Assembly: GCA_017302495.1 (NCBI GenBank)
Contig: JAFLDG010000001.1
Location: 4,528 to 68,527, forward strand
Direction: 5' to 3'
DNA length: 64,000 nt
Source: Burkholderiales bacterium
GTDB lineage: Bacteria > Pseudomonadota > Gammaproteobacteria > Burkholderiales > Burkholderiaceae_C
Part shown: positions 39,020 to 50,509 of the stretch, piece by piece
How the letters are laid out: each line of letters starts with the position of its first letter
How positions within the stretch are numbered: position 1 is the stretch's first letter
Made by a program: the position numbers and the translations under genes
Notes under the pieces: model-generated
Database searches by the model: none
The model's input: only the letters and a program-made list of their open reading frames with translations
Told to the model about the DNA's origin: nothing

Positions 39020-40929
39020 GGTTCACGGTCCGCCGGCGGCAGTGCCATGGCGGCCACACGCAACTGAGCCGGCGCAGCATTCGACGCCATCAGGCCGTCC
39101 AGCGTGGTCCGGTCCACCACTTCCTTCTCCAGCAGCAGCGCGGCCAGCGCTTCGAGCGTCGCGCGGTTTGCCCGCAGCGTCTGCGCCACGCGCTCGCGCG
39201 CCTCGTCGAGCAGTCGGCGCACCTCGCCGTCGATCGCCTCGGCAGTGCGCTCGCTGAACGTGCGCGGCTCGGGCAAGGTCGGGCCGTTCAGGTACAGCGG
39301 CCTCGGGCGTGCGTCATAGGTGGCCAGGCCGAGCGCTTCGCTCATGCCGTAGTGCGTGACCATGTGGCGCGCCAGATCGGTGGCACGCTGCAGGTCGTTC
39401 TCGGCTCCGGTGGACACATCATCGAACACCAGCTGCTCGGCGACCCGCCCCCCGAGCAGCACGTCGAGCCGGTCGAGCAGTTCGCTGCGGCGCATCAGGT
39501 AGCGGTCCTCGGTCGGCGACTGCTGGGTATAGCCGAGCGCCGCGATGCCGCGCGGGATGATCGACACCTTGGTCACGCGGTCGGCGTTCTTGCGGTGTTC
39601 GGCCACCAGCGCGTGGCCGGCCTCGTGGTAGGCGACGAACTTGCGTTCGGTCGGGTTCATCACCCGGTTCTTCTTCTCGAGGCCGGCGACGATGCGGTCC
39701 AGCGCCTCCTCGAAGTCCTGCATCTCCACCGCGTCCTTGCCGCGCTTGGCCGCACGCAGCGTCGCTTCGTTGACCAGGTTGGCCAGGTCGGCGCCCGCGA
39801 AACCGGGCGTGCGCGCAGCGAGCACGGCAAGGTCGACGGTCGGCGCCAGCTTGACGTTCTTCACATGCACTTCGAGGATCTGCCGCCGCCCGTTCAGGTC
39901 CGGCCGATCCACCGCGATATGGCGATCGAAGCGGCCCGGCCGCAACAGCGCGGGGTCGAGCACCTCGGGCCGGTTCGTCGCGGCAAGGATGATCACGCCG
40001 CGGTTGGTGTCGAAGCCATCCATCTCGGCGAGCAGCTGGTTCAGCGTCTGCTCGTGTTCCTCGTGTCCACCCGTAAGGCCTACGCCGCGCGCCTTGCCCA
40101 GCGCATCGATCTCGTCGATGAAGACGATGCACGGCGCCTTGGCCGCCGCCTGCTCGAACAGGTCGCGCACGCGCGCCGCGCCGACGCCGACGAACATCTC
40201 CACGAACTCCGAGCCGCTGAGCGACAGGAACGGCACGCCGGCCTCACCCGCCACCGCCTTGGCCAGCAGGGTCTTGCCCGTGCCCGGCGCGCCGACGATC
40301 AGCACGCCCTTGGGGATCTTGCCGCCCAGGCGCTTGTATCGATCCGGGTTCTTGAGGAACTCGACCACCTCCATCAGTTCCTCGCGCGCCTCGTCGATGC
40401 CCGCGACATCCTTGAACGTGACCCCCGTCTCGGTCTGCATGTAGACCTTGGCCTTGCTCTTGCCTATCTCCAGCATGTGGCCCATGCCTCCCATGCCACT
40501 GCCCATGCGCTTCATCAGAAACCACCAGATGCCGAAGAACACCAGCGCCGGCGCGACCCAGGAGACAAGCGCGCCGAGCCACTTGCTCTCGCGCACGCTG
40601 CCGTAGCGCACTTTCGCCGCGTCGAGCTGTGCCACCAGGCCGGGGTCGTTGACCAGCACCGTGGCAAAGCCGTGCTCGCCGCCGGCGCGTGCGAGCGCCT
40701 CGAGCTTGTCCTTCGGCAGGATCTGCTCCAGCCCGTCGCCGCGCAGCTTGCCGGTGGCGATGCCGTCGGCGATGACCACGTCATCGAGCTTGCCCGCCGC
40801 CAGCGCCTGCTTGAACTCGCTGTAGGTCAGCGTCTGCGTGTGCCGGGGGACAACAAACTCCTGCAGCAGGATCATTCCCACCAGGGCAGCCAACACGTAC
40901 CAGAGCGAGAACGTCTGCTTCTTGTCCAT
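39016..40929 (-). CDS. ftsH: ATP-dependent zinc metalloprotease FtsH (accessory copy)
   Basis: Two TMs, [37 protein letters not shown]. Confidence 0.93.
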   Translation of the reverse strand: MDKKQTFSLWYVLAALVGMILLQEFVVPRHTQTLTYSEFKQALAAGKLDDVVIADGIATGKLRGDGLEQILPKDKLEALARAGGEHGFATVLVNDPGLVAQLDAAKVRYGSVRESKWLGALVSWVAPALVFFGIWWFLMKRMGSGMGGMGHMLEIGKSKAKVYMQTETGVTFKDVAGIDEAREELMEVVEFLKNPDRYKRLGGKIPKGVLIVGAPGTGKTLLAKAVAGEAGVPFLSLSGSEFVEMFVGVGAARVRDLFEQAAAKAPCIVFIDEIDALGKARGVGLTGGHEEHEQTLNQLLAEMDGFDTNRGVIILAATNRPEVLDPALLRPGRFDRHIAVDRPDLNGRRQILEVHVKNVKLAPTVDLAVLAARTPGFAGADLANLVNEATLRAAKRGKDAVEMQDFEEALDRIVAGLEKKNRVMNPTERKFVAYHEAGHALVAEHRKNADRVTKVSIIPRGIAALGYTQQSPTEDRYLMRRSELLDRLDVLLGGRVAEQLVFDDVSTGAENDLQRATDLARHMVTHYGMSEALGLATYDARPRPLYLNGPTLPEPRTFSERTAEAIDGEVRRLLDEARERVAQTLRANRATLEALAALLLEKEVVDRTTLDGLMASNAAPAQLRVAAMALPPADREP

Positions 40930-40954
40930 GAACGACCCCTCCAGGGAACTGGGG

Positions 40955-41173
40955 TCAGGCGCCGCGGCGCCGACGAGATCGGCGTTCGTCGAGGGCGACC
41001 TGGATGGCACCCCACAGGATCAGTACCGGACAGACGAGCAGGACGGCGGCCAGCAGCGCACTCCACCAGGCGAAGCCGAAGGACCACAGCAATGCGGCGG
41101 CGATCACCACGGCGAGGATCGGACACAACCACATCCAGCGGTTGGCGAACTCGGGCCACTTCACGAATCCCAT
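40955..41173 (-). CDS. Small two-TM membrane protein with two CP motifs
   Basis: GGAGG RBS, 72 aa, WLCPIL and LVCPVL; lies between the ATPase and ftsH. Confidence 0.65.
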   Translation of the reverse strand: MGFVKWPEFANRWMWLCPILAVVIAAALLWSFGFAWWSALLAAVLLVCPVLILWGAIQVALDERRSRRRRGA

Positions 41174-41187
41174 GGCGACCTCCGTCG

Positions 41188-43593
41188 TCATTGCAGGCGC
41201 GCCCGCTTGAGCAGCGCCGAGTTGACGATCACCGACAGCGAGGACAGTGCCATCGCAGCGGCGGCGATGATCGGGTTGAGCAACCCGAAGGCGGCGATCG
41301 GCACACCGATCGCGTTGTAGATGAACGCCCAGAACAGGTTGCGCTTGATCGTGCGCATCGTCGCGCGCGACAGGCGGATGCCGGTCACCACGTCGCGCAC
41401 GTCGCTGCGCACGAGGATGATGCCGCCGGTCTCCTTGGCCACGTCCGAGCCCGACCCGATCGCGATGCCGATGTCAGCGGTCGCCAGCGCCGGGGCGTCG
41501 TTGACGCCGTCGCCGACCATTGCGACCACCTTGCCGGAGCGCTGCAGTTCCTTGATCACGCGCGCCTTGTCGGAGGGCAGCACGTCGGCGATCACCCGGT
41601 CGATCTCCAGCGCGCGGCCGATCGCCGCCGCGGTGCGCGCGTTGTCGCCGGTCAGCATCACCACCTCGACGCCCTCGGCGCGCAGCGAGCGCACGGCCTC
41701 GCGCGCTTCGGGCTTGATCGTGTCGGCGACCGCGATCACGGCAGCAAGCTCACCGTCGCAGGCGAGCAGCATCGCCGTCTTGCCGTCCGCCTGGAAGCGC
41801 TCCATGTCCGGGCCGACCGACGCGACGTCGATGCCGGCGCCCTCCATCAGCCTCCGGTTGCCGAGCAGCACCTCGCGCCCGTCGACCTGGCCGCGCACGC
41901 CATGACCCGGCACCGCCTCGAAGCCCTGCACCGCGCAGGGCGCGACGCCGGCCCCTCGGGCGCCGCGCAGGATGGCCTCGGCCAGCGGATGCTCGGAGCC
42001 GGCCTCCAGGCTGGCGGCCAGACGCAGCGCCTGGTCATGGTCGCAGTGCCCGCAGGGCAGCAGATCGGTCAGCGCCGGCTCGCCGCGGGTCAGCGTGCCG
42101 GTCTTGTCGAACACCACGGTCGTGAGCCGCTCGGCCTTCTCGAGGATCTCGCCGCCGCGGATCAGGATGCCGGCCTGCGCGCCGCGGCCCACGCCCACCA
42201 TCAGCGCCGCCGGGGTGGCGATGCCGAGGGCGCAGGGACAGGCGATGATCAGCACCGCGATGAAGGCGAGCAGCCCCTGCGGGAAGTTGCCGGCCAGCCA
42301 CCAGAACGCGAACGCGAGGATCGCCGTGCCGACCACCGCCGGCACGAACCAGCGTGTCACCTGGTCGGCAATGCGCTGGATCGGCGCGCTGCTGGTCTGC
42401 GCGTCCTCGACCATCTTGACGATCTGTGCAAGCGCCGTCTCGGCGCCGATGCGGGTGGCCTGGAAACGGAAGCTGCCGGTGCGGTTCAGCGTGCCGCCGA
42501 TCACCGCCGCGCCGGCCTGCTTGTCGACCGGCATCGACTCGCCGGTGAGCATCGACTCGTCCACCGACGACGAGCCCTCGAGCACCACGCCGTCGGTCGC
42601 GATGCGTTCGCCCGGCCGCACGACGATCGTCTCGCCCACCATCACCTGCTCGGCAGGGATCTCGACCTCCTCGCCGCCGCGCAGCACGTGGGCGGTCGCG
42701 GGCTTGAGGTCGAGCAGCTTGCGCACCGCCGCCGAGGAGTGCTTCTTGATGATCTCCTCCATGTACTTGCCGAGCAGCACGAAGGCGATGATCACCGCCG
42801 AGACCTCGAAGTAGACGTCGCGCTCCTCGACCTTCACCGGCAGCACCGACGGGAAGAACAGCACCGCCACGCTGTAGAAATAGGCCACCGAGGTGCCGAG
42901 CGCGATCAGCAGGTCCATGTTGATGGACCGGTTGCGCAGCGCATTGAAGGCGCCGACGTAGAAGCCCCAGCCGCCGATGAACTGTACCGGGGTGACGAGC
43001 AGGAACAGCCACACGCCCCAGGTGAACCAGGGCAGCGCGGGAATCGGCACCCAGGTCAGCAGCGTTGCGCCGGTGGCCAGCGCGATGAAGGCGCCGGCGC
43101 GCATGATCGCCAGCGCGAGCACGCCGGTCAGCGCGATGGTGACCCGCGTGCGCATCGACTTGAGCTCGGCCTCGGGCGACTCGAAGGTGCGTTGGCAGCC
43201 GGCGCTGCAGAAGTAGTAGCTGCGCCCGCCACGGTCGGTGCGCAGCGCCGTGGCCTTGTCGACCACCATGCCGCACACCGGGTCCTTCGCCTGGCCCGAC
43301 TCGGCGCGTCGCAGCGCGGTCTGCAGAGGGCGGCCGGCGGCATGCATGTCCTCGGCGACGGCAGTCGGGGTCGCCGCTGGCGTGGCCGCGGGTGCCCGCG
43401 CGGGAGTGCCGGCGTAGCGCGCCGGATCGCGCTGGAACTCGCTCAGGCAGTGCCCCGAACAGAACAGGTAAATGCGCCCGCCGTGTTCGGCGCGCCCCGC
43501 CGCCTTGGCCGGATCCACGGTCATTCCGCACACCGGGTCGACCGCAGCGGCAGCCGACGCAGCGGTTCCATCATGAAGCACTGCCTGAGTCAT
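41188..43593 (-). CDS. Cu(I) P1B-1 ATPase with two N-terminal YHS domains
   Basis: DPVCGM..Y.FCS..C twice, TGES, CPC, DKTGT, YN, MALSS. CAGGAG RBS. Confidence 0.92.
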   Translation of the reverse strand: MTQAVLHDGTAASAAAAVDPVCGMTVDPAKAAGRAEHGGRIYLFCSGHCLSEFQRDPARYAGTPARAPAATPAATPTAVAEDMHAAGRPLQTALRRAESGQAKDPVCGMVVDKATALRTDRGGRSYYFCSAGCQRTFESPEAELKSMRTRVTIALTGVLALAIMRAGAFIALATGATLLTWVPIPALPWFTWGVWLFLLVTPVQFIGGWGFYVGAFNALRNRSINMDLLIALGTSVAYFYSVAVLFFPSVLPVKVEERDVYFEVSAVIIAFVLLGKYMEEIIKKHSSAAVRKLLDLKPATAHVLRGGEEVEIPAEQVMVGETIVVRPGERIATDGVVLEGSSSVDESMLTGESMPVDKQAGAAVIGGTLNRTGSFRFQATRIGAETALAQIVKMVEDAQTSSAPIQRIADQVTRWFVPAVVGTAILAFAFWWLAGNFPQGLLAFIAVLIIACPCALGIATPAALMVGVGRGAQAGILIRGGEILEKAERLTTVVFDKTGTLTRGEPALTDLLPCGHCDHDQALRLAASLEAGSEHPLAEAILRGARGAGVAPCAVQGFEAVPGHGVRGQVDGREVLLGNRRLMEGAGIDVASVGPDMERFQADGKTAMLLACDGELAAVIAVADTIKPEAREAVRSLRAEGVEVVMLTGDNARTAAAIGRALEIDRVIADVLPSDKARVIKELQRSGKVVAMVGDGVNDAPALATADIGIAIGSGSDVAKETGGIILVRSDVRDVVTGIRLSRATMRTIKRNLFWAFIYNAIGVPIAAFGLLNPIIAAAAMALSSLSVIVNSALLKRARLQ

Positions 43594-43753
43594 GGTTTTC
43601 TCCTGTGCGATGCGTGGACGCCGGCAGTGCCGCGCCGCGGGCCAGGCTGCAGGCGTTCGCGAGGCCGGCCACGAGGCTCCCTGCGGCGGCAAAGATCGAT
43701 GGCTTCCATTGGATCGCCTTGCTGTGCTGTCGCGCGGGCTTGCCGGCCGGCGT

Positions 43754-43975
43754 TCAGCCCGGGCCGCTCTTTCCTGCTTCGTCACCGGCATACCGCACGG
43801 CAAGGTACAGCAGCACGATGCACAGTCCGAGCAGCGCGTGCAGCCACCAGCCGAGCACATGCGCCCGGTGTTCCAGTACCAGCAGCAGCAGCGCCACCGC
43901 CGCGAACGCCCAGAAGATCCACCGGGCCCAGGCGCGACCCGGGTCGGTGCCGGAAGGCTTCGTCGGTGTGGTCAT
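43754..43975 (-). CDS. Small membrane protein, divergent DUF2933-like
   Basis: [22 protein letters not shown] pattern. GGAG RBS. Confidence 0.6.
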   Translation of the reverse strand: MTTPTKPSGTDPGRAWARWIFWAFAAVALLLLVLEHRAHVLGWWLHALLGLCIVLLYLAVRYAGDEAGKSGPG

Positions 43976-43986
43976 TGCCTTCTCCT

Positions 43987-44478
43987 TCAGCGCTCGGCGC
44001 GGTGCGGCGACCAGGCGTCGAACCTGAACTCGATCTCGTCGGTCCGCGACGGCAGCCGCACCCAGAGCCGGAACCGGTACGGCCCGTCCTTGGCAACGCC
44101 GAAGACCTGCCCGTAGCTGGCCTGGTCGTTCACCTTCATCGGCAGCAGGTACTTCGCGGGTTCGTCGACGACGCCGACTTCGCTGATCTGCGCGCGCACC
44201 ACCGCGTCCTCGATGCGGCGGCCGCTCGCGCTGTCGTACAGCGCCACGACGAGGTGGTGCACCTGGCCGCCGCCCCTCGGTGGGCCGCCGTGCAGTTCGG
44301 CCAGCGCGTGCTTGTCCGCCACGACCGCGGCCGGCACGAGCCCCCAGTAGAGGGTGACGCCGGACCGCTCCATCCGGCTCTGGGCCAGCGCCGGGCTCGG
44401 CATCGCGACCAGCAGCAGCAACAACGACATGGTGGCCGCGAAACTCCGGCATGTCGCCGGCAGCGGGATGGTTCTCAT
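43987..44478 (-). CDS. Exported protein with HHLVVALYD motif (putative periplasmic metal-binding)
   Basis: Signal peptide ending ALA, LHGG...HHLVV, PMKVN...SYG. Start 44478 or 44514. Confidence 0.6.
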   Translation of the reverse strand: MRTIPLPATCRSFAATMSLLLLLVAMPSPALAQSRMERSGVTLYWGLVPAAVVADKHALAELHGGPPRGGGQVHHLVVALYDSASGRRIEDAVVRAQISEVGVVDEPAKYLLPMKVNDQASYGQVFGVAKDGPYRFRLWVRLPSRTDEIEFRFDAWSPHRAER

Positions 44479-44510
44479 GGCGGGACTCTTCTCGGCGATC
44501 GGTCGGCTGG

Positions 44511-46181
44511 TCATCGGGCGTAGATCTGCTGGAACGCCAGCTCGGCCCAGAGGTCGCGGCTCGTGCGCCACGACTCCCAGGCCTGCGCGTAGGCGTCCGC
44601 GCCGACGCGCTCGAGCTGGTACCAGGGGTTGGCCTTGCGGTCCGGGTCGTGCGCGCCCCACTGGTCGAGCCACTGCCGCATCCACGGCAACCAGGCCAGC
44701 GCCGGCGTCGCCCTTTCGGACCAGACCTGCCGGCTGACGCGCATCGGATGCAGGTCTCGCAGCAGGCGTGCGGACTCGGGCGTGACCGCCATGCGCACCC
44801 AAGGCGAGACCCATTGCGCATAGGCACGCTCGGCGGCCTCGGACAGCGCCTGCACCTTGTCGAATCCGGCCGGGTTGGCGTCGAACGGGAGGTCCTCCAG
44901 TCGGCGTGGTTCGAAGCGGGCACTGGGGGCGGCGTCGCCCGTGGCGGCGTCGTCGAGAACCATCTCGTAGAGGCCGGGCGCAAGGTCCTGGATCGTTCCG
45001 GCGTGGTGCAGGATCGCGCGGTGCTCGCGCCGCGCCACGCCCGCCGACACGAAGATGCCGAGGTGGCCCACCTGCTTGTGCAGCAGGTAGACGACGCGCT
45101 GGCCGGCAGCCACCAGATCCTCGGTCATGGCAAACACTTCCTTGAGCCAGCCCAGCGCCTGGTGCGGCGGCGTGATGTTGTCGCCGTAGGAGCTGAAGAT
45201 CACCAGCGGCGCCCCGATGCGCTTGAGGTCGGCACGGCAATGGCCATCGACCACGACCTCCCCGTCCTCGAGACGGTTGCCGACGAACAGCTCCGCGGCG
45301 ATGGCCAGCATCTCCTCGCGTGCGAGTTGGTAGAAGCCGTTCCACCAGCGCTCGAACTCCAGGAAGCGCTCCCGCTCGGCTTCCGGCTGCGCAAAGAGCG
45401 TGTCGTACTTGCGGAACACGCCCTCGGGGCGCAGCGCCTCGAAGTTCTGCACCAGCCAGGCACCGTCGAAGCGGCCGTTGCCCAGGTCGGACATCCAGTG
45501 CGCCGGCCAGACGCCGCCGGTGAAGCCACCGAGCAGGCGCATCGGGTTGATGCCGCGTTCGCCCGCCCAGTACGACAACGGCGAGCCGTTCAGTACCGCC
45601 AGCGCCGCGCGGTGCTCGCAATGCGACAGGGCCAGCGTGATCGCCCAGCCGCCCTGGCAGTTGCCGTAGACGATGGGCGCCTTGCCGCGATGGCGCCTGG
45701 CAACGATGTCGATGAAGGCTGCCAGCGTCTGCACGACAGCGCCCATCGTCTGCCCCTCGACCGGCTCCGGGTCGAAGACGACGAAGTAGACCGGATGGCC
45801 TTCGAGCAGCGCCATGCCGACTTCCGAATCGCGCTTGAAGCCACCGATGCCGGGGCCATGCCCGGCGCGCGGGTCGACCACGATCACCGGTGCAGCGCCC
45901 TTGCGCACGTGCTTCTCGAGCGCGTCGCTGCCGCAGCGCGTGACGCGCAGCAGTCGGTAGTTCGACGGCGGATCGAGATTCCGCCCGACCGCCACCGGCT
46001 CGGACTCGAAGTGCAGCAGCGGCGGCATGCCCGCGGCCTCGTGCGCGCTCATGTTGGCTGCACGTTCGCGCAGCGTGTCGGCCGCCGCAGCGGCGCGCCA
46101 CAGTGCGTCCAGCCAGTAGTGGACCGCCAGGCGACCGGGCGCAAGACCCATCGCCTCGGTGGATGTGCTGGGCATCGGCAT
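44511..46181 (-). CDS. DUF3141 alpha/beta hydrolase (PHA synthase/depolymerase-like)
   Basis: VDPRAGHGPGIGGFK, lipase-box-like GNCQGGW, GDNITPP, GHLGIF. Confidence 0.85.
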   Translation of the reverse strand: MPMPSTSTEAMGLAPGRLAVHYWLDALWRAAAAADTLRERAANMSAHEAAGMPPLLHFESEPVAVGRNLDPPSNYRLLRVTRCGSDALEKHVRKGAAPVIVVDPRAGHGPGIGGFKRDSEVGMALLEGHPVYFVVFDPEPVEGQTMGAVVQTLAAFIDIVARRHRGKAPIVYGNCQGGWAITLALSHCEHRAALAVLNGSPLSYWAGERGINPMRLLGGFTGGVWPAHWMSDLGNGRFDGAWLVQNFEALRPEGVFRKYDTLFAQPEAERERFLEFERWWNGFYQLAREEMLAIAAELFVGNRLEDGEVVVDGHCRADLKRIGAPLVIFSSYGDNITPPHQALGWLKEVFAMTEDLVAAGQRVVYLLHKQVGHLGIFVSAGVARREHRAILHHAGTIQDLAPGLYEMVLDDAATGDAAPSARFEPRRLEDLPFDANPAGFDKVQALSEAAERAYAQWVSPWVRMAVTPESARLLRDLHPMRVSRQVWSERATPALAWLPWMRQWLDQWGAHDPDRKANPWYQLERVGADAYAQAWESWRTSRDLWAELAFQQIYAR

Positions 46182-46187
46182 GACCTC

Positions 46188-46490
46188 TCAACCGCCGCAG
46201 CAACCGCCGCGGCCCTTGGTGGCCGACCCGGCGCCACAGCCACCGGCCGGGTGCTGCCGGTGCGTGGCCGGTGCGGCCGTCGCCGGCCCCGCCCCATAGC
46301 CGGCCTCGCCGAGTGCGGCGATCAGTTCAGGCACTTGGTGCGCGGCGTGCTCGCCGCGGATACGCGCGATGCCGCTGCCGAGATCGACCTCGACGTCCTG
46401 CACACCCGGCACGCGCCTGAGTGCCTTGGTGACCGACGCGACGCAGGATCCGCAGGTCATGCCGTCGACTTTGAGTTCAGTGGTTTGCAT
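46188..46490 (-). CDS. HMA-domain protein with Cys-rich tail
   Basis: VDGMTCGSC, C-terminal GGCG...GGCCGG. AAGGAG RBS. Confidence 0.85.
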   Translation of the reverse strand: MQTTELKVDGMTCGSCVASVTKALRRVPGVQDVEVDLGSGIARIRGEHAAHQVPELIAALGEAGYGAGPATAAPATHRQHPAGGCGAGSATKGRGGCCGG

Positions 46491-46509
46491 ATCGGGACTC
46501 CTTGGGGTT

Positions 46510-46797
46510 TCAGTGCTGGTGGCCGCCCTGGCCACCGGTGGGGGACTGGCGCGCGTCGTCCTTGGGCTTCGTGTCCGACCCGCCGCCGTGGCCGCCATGG
46601 CCGCCGTGACCGAAGAAGTGCAGCAGCGGGCAGGCCAGCAGGATCAGGAATGGCAGCAATGTCACGACGTGTGCGCTGTGGCGGAAGAACATCCAGGCCA
46701 CCGCAGCGGCCAGACCGATCCACAGCAGCCATTGGTTGACGCGGGACCAGTTCGGGCCGGACGGGCGACCGTTGCCGTGTTCATGGGAGTGGTTCAT
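46510..46797 (-). CDS. DUF2933 small membrane protein
   Basis: H.AH...LPFLILLACPLLHFFGHGGHGGH. AGGAG RBS. Confidence 0.82.
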   Translation of the reverse strand: MNHSHEHGNGRPSGPNWSRVNQWLLWIGLAAAVAWMFFRHSAHVVTLLPFLILLACPLLHFFGHGGHGGHGGGSDTKPKDDARQSPTGGQGGHQH

Positions 46798-46828
46798 CGA
46801 GTGGCTCCTGGTTGGCGCGATGCATCGG

Positions 46829-47143
<315 letters not shown>

Positions 47144-47287
47144 GGCAAGACTCCGACTGAAAGGACGGACAAGAGACACAAGGAAACCGAATGGGGGATG
47201 CCGCCGCCCGATGGCGCCGCTGCGGGCGCGAGAGCGGACTGAAGTAAGGACGCGGCGCGGATCAGATCCGCGTGGCGTCCGGGCGTG

Positions 47288-47704
47288 TCAAAGCGCGAGG
47301 CGCTGGAACGCGATGCGCGGCGGGGGCCCGCCGGGCAGGAGTGGCGAGTCGACCACCAGCCGATCGACCGTGGGCTCGGCCAGACCGGATATCGGCAGGA
47401 AGTCGGACACCGGCAGGGCGAAACCGAGCGCGGCCAAGCCGTCGCCCGCCACCTTCAACTGCGCGGCGCCGATCGACGGCTTCTCGCAGAAGTCCAGGCA
47501 GTTCAGCTTGGCAGCGTCGCCCTGCTCATCACCGTGATGGTGCTTCTGTGCAGTGTGGCTGGCGGCCGTCGTTGCTGCGTCGGAGCGGTGATGCACCGGC
47601 TCGCCCAATGCGCAGGCGTTGGCCACGCCCATCGCCAGGCCGAACAGCCATACGAGCAGCACCTGGGCTGCCCATCGGCGGAGACGTCGGCGGTCGCTGA
47701 ACAT
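47288..47704 (-). CDS. Uncharacterised exported leader protein, RLAL family copy 2
   Basis: RRWAAQVLLVWLFGLAMGVANAC, HHH, CLDFC, GPPPRIAFQRLAL*. Confidence 0.78.
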   Translation of the reverse strand: MFSDRRRLRRWAAQVLLVWLFGLAMGVANACALGEPVHHRSDAATTAASHTAQKHHHGDEQGDAAKLNCLDFCEKPSIGAAQLKVAGDGLAALGFALPVSDFLPISGLAEPTVDRLVVDSPLLPGGPPPRIAFQRLAL

Positions 47705-47743
47705 GGTTGAAGCGCTGGCAAGACGGGGCAAATCGTCCACGCC

Positions 47744-47810
47744 AGAATAGCCGCGGACTCGTCGCCGCCATTTGATCGGAATCAACAATCCCTCCGTAGT
47801 CGACTACGGA
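47744..47810 (-). promoter_or_regulatory. Perfect MerR-type operator plus consensus FNR box and -10
   Basis: 18-bp palindrome TCCGTAGTCGACTACGGA (47793-47810), TTGAT-N4-ATCAA (47772-47785), then 22 bp and TATTCT (47749-47744). Confidence 0.8.
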
Positions 47811-47856
47811 CTCCGGACCCGCCCGCCCGCTCGCTGGGACGAGTCGCGGCGCCCCT

Positions 47857-49146
47857 CTACTGCTGCCGCTCAACCAGCGCGCCAAGCAGCGCCAGCAGCC
47901 GCTCGGACCAAGGCCGCCGGTCCCACGCGTGCAGGTCGACGGGCCTGCTGAGCGCAGCGTCGCGCTCGAAGTCCTCGAGCAGGCGTGCCGCCAGCGCGCG
48001 ATCGGGCAGGGCAAGATTGAGCTCGTCGTTCAGCCCGAACGACCGATTGTCGAAATTGCTGGAGCCGACGACGACCCACAACTCGTCGACGAGCAGCACC
48101 TTGCTGTGGTTCATGCCAGGTTCGTACTCCAGAACCTGGACGCCGGCGCCGAGCAGGTCCCCATAGCGGCGCCGGCTCGCCCGCCGGGCAATCGGGTGGT
48201 TGTTGAGAGCGCCGGGCACGACGACCTGCACAGACACGCCGCGGCGCACCGCCCTGCGCAGTTCGGCCCGCATGCTCCGGTCCGGCAGGAAGTACGGCGA
48301 GCTGATGCGGATCGACCGGCGTGCGCCGGCGATCAGCAACTGGAACAGCATGCGTGCCCGCGTGGCCCGGCCCGCCGACGGCGTGCCTGTCACGACGATC
48401 GCATCCGTACCCACGGCTGCCCGGCTGCCGAGGGCGCGGCAGTGGGCAAAGGACTCCGGATCGGTGAGCAGCTTGCCTGTGCTTTCGAGCCAGTTCTCGG
48501 CAAAGGCGGCCTGCACCGACGTGGCGATGGTTCCTTCGAGTCGCACCATGGTGTCGCGCCACGGCGGCTGCCCAGGCGGCCCGGTGTCCCACCAGCCTGC
48601 AAAGCCCGCGCCGCCGACGAACGCAACCTCGCCATCGACGACGATCAGTTCGCGGTGCGTGCGGTTGTTGAACCGCTTCAGCGTGTGCCACCGCACCGGC
48701 TGGTACCACGCGATCTCGCCGCCGGCTGCACGCAGCCCGTCAAAGTACGCAGAAGGCGTTCGCCAGCTGCCGATCGCGTCGATGACCAGGCGCACGCGCA
48801 CGCCGGCGCGCGCACGCTCGGTCAGCAGGCCGACGAGCTGGTCCGTCACGGCGCTCACGTGGAACACGTAGGCTTCCAGGTGCACGCTGCGGCGGGCACG
48901 GGCGATGGTGGCCAACTCCTCGGCATAGAACGCGACCCCGTTCGTCAGCACCCCGATCGAGGCTGCCTTCGCGACGGGAGCATCGACCAGCGCCGCGAGC
49001 AGGCCCATGAACTCGTGATCCTGCGGCGATGGGAGGCGGTCATCGATGTCGTAAGGCAGGCCGGGTTCGGCCAGTACGAGCACGAACAGCAGGCCCAGCA
49101 GCAACGCGCCGGACAGCAGGAACAGGTGCCACAACTGGAACGCCAA
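47857..49146 (-). CDS. Cardiolipin synthase-like phospholipase D
   Basis: NNRTHRELIVVDG (variant HKD) and HSKVLLVD, GSSNFD.RS, N-terminal TM. Confidence 0.85.
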   Translation of the reverse strand: MAFQLWHLFLLSGALLLGLLFVLVLAEPGLPYDIDDRLPSPQDHEFMGLLAALVDAPVAKAASIGVLTNGVAFYAEELATIARARRSVHLEAYVFHVSAVTDQLVGLLTERARAGVRVRLVIDAIGSWRTPSAYFDGLRAAGGEIAWYQPVRWHTLKRFNNRTHRELIVVDGEVAFVGGAGFAGWWDTGPPGQPPWRDTMVRLEGTIATSVQAAFAENWLESTGKLLTDPESFAHCRALGSRAAVGTDAIVVTGTPSAGRATRARMLFQLLIAGARRSIRISSPYFLPDRSMRAELRRAVRRGVSVQVVVPGALNNHPIARRASRRRYGDLLGAGVQVLEYEPGMNHSKVLLVDELWVVVGSSNFDNRSFGLNDELNLALPDRALAARLLEDFERDAALSRPVDLHAWDRRPWSERLLALLGALVERQQ

Positions 49147-49152
49147 CGCAGC

Positions 49153-50415
49153 TCAGCGCAGGGCCAGCGCTGCTCCGATACCGGCGAGCGCCATCAGCGC
49201 ATAAGCCGGCAGCACCTTCAGCGCCAGCGATCGTCCGTCGAGCACCCACAACAGCCCGAACTTGGTGACCTGGTTGACCGCGGCCGCGAGAAAGACGGCC
49301 AGGCCCGCGACCGGCGCGCCGACGACCCCATCGCCGACCATCCGGCCCACCGACAGCGTGATGGCATCGACGTCGACCAGGCCCGAAGTCGCCGCCGTGA
49401 CCATCAGCCCGGCGTCGCCGAACCGGTCCGCGAGGAATCGACCGGCGAGCAGCACCGCGGCAAGGAACAGCGCGAACTGAACGGCCGCGGACAGCTTCAG
49501 CGGATTCCGGGTCGACAGATCCGGCAGATCCTGCGCAGGCTCGCGCGTGGTCAGGTACGCACCGCACACCGCCCCGGCGACGGCCATGGCACCCAGAGCC
49601 CCGACGGTCGCCGTGCCAAGCGCCGGCGCGGCGACGGCGACGAGCACTGCCATGCGGCCGAACATGGCCGCGCACGCAAGCGTGGCTCCTCCGGCCGCAA
49701 GGGGCCGCCATTGCGGGGCTTCCTTGGCCCAGCGTGCCAGCGTCGCGGTAGTGGCGGTGCTGGACACCAGTCCGCCGAGCAGTGCCGCGAGGGTCAGCCC
49801 GCGCCGGGCGCCGAACCAGCGCATCAGGACGAATCCGAGGAACGAGAGCAACGCAAGCAGCACGACCGCCCACCAGAGCTTGTACGGATTGAGCGCCTCG
49901 AAGGGGCCGTACCCGCGATCGGGGAGGACCGGGAGGATGACGACGCTGATCAGCAGCAACTGGATGCCGCTGGCCAACTCGCCTTCGGTGAGCTTGCCGA
50001 TGCCGCTGTGCATCGGCCGCTTGAGTTGCAGCAGCGCGACCGTCACCACCGCAACGGCGGCGGCCAGCAACGTGCTGCCTCCCGCCGCCAACACGCCGAC
50101 GAGGAACGTGGTGATGGCCGCCATCGCCGTGGTCAGGCCCATGACGCCGTGCATGCGGGCCGTCACGACATAGCCGGCCAGAATCAGCATTGCCACCATG
50201 GCCAGCACGACGACCAGAATGAGCGCCCCCCATCGTTGCGCCAGTAGACCGCTCAATCCGCCGAGCAAGCCGATCAGCGCAAAGGTGCGAAGGCCGGCGA
50301 CCCGGTGGCCGTCAGGCACATCGCGCTGATGCCAGCCGCGTTCCAATCCGATCAGAAGGCCCGCAGCCAGCGCCATGCCGACACCCATCGGATCCGACAG
50401 GGACACGCCGCTCAA
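49153..50415 (-). CDS. MgtC/SapB - DUF4010 membrane protein
   Basis: GLLIGLERG, AGLRTF, GLTT, GGLVSSTATT, GLVDVDAI. Confidence 0.85.
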   Translation of the reverse strand: MSGVSLSDPMGVGMALAAGLLIGLERGWHQRDVPDGHRVAGLRTFALIGLLGGLSGLLAQRWGALILVVVLAMVAMLILAGYVVTARMHGVMGLTTAMAAITTFLVGVLAAGGSTLLAAAVAVVTVALLQLKRPMHSGIGKLTEGELASGIQLLLISVVILPVLPDRGYGPFEALNPYKLWWAVVLLALLSFLGFVLMRWFGARRGLTLAALLGGLVSSTATTATLARWAKEAPQWRPLAAGGATLACAAMFGRMAVLVAVAAPALGTATVGALGAMAVAGAVCGAYLTTREPAQDLPDLSTRNPLKLSAAVQFALFLAAVLLAGRFLADRFGDAGLMVTAATSGLVDVDAITLSVGRMVGDGVVGAPVAGLAVFLAAAVNQVTKFGLLWVLDGRSLALKVLPAYALMALAGIGAALALR

Positions 50416-50509
50416 GGGGAGACCTTGGTGCCGAGTCCTGGGGCGCGGGCACGAAGGCCGGTCAGCGCCGCCAGGTCGCGACTCACCTTCACCGAGACAC
50501 GCGAGGCCT

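Noticed and set aside
39013-44523. 1836-aa + strand ORF
   Set aside because: Antisense shadow of ftsH and the YHS ATPase, typical of high-GC DNA; no motifs of its own.
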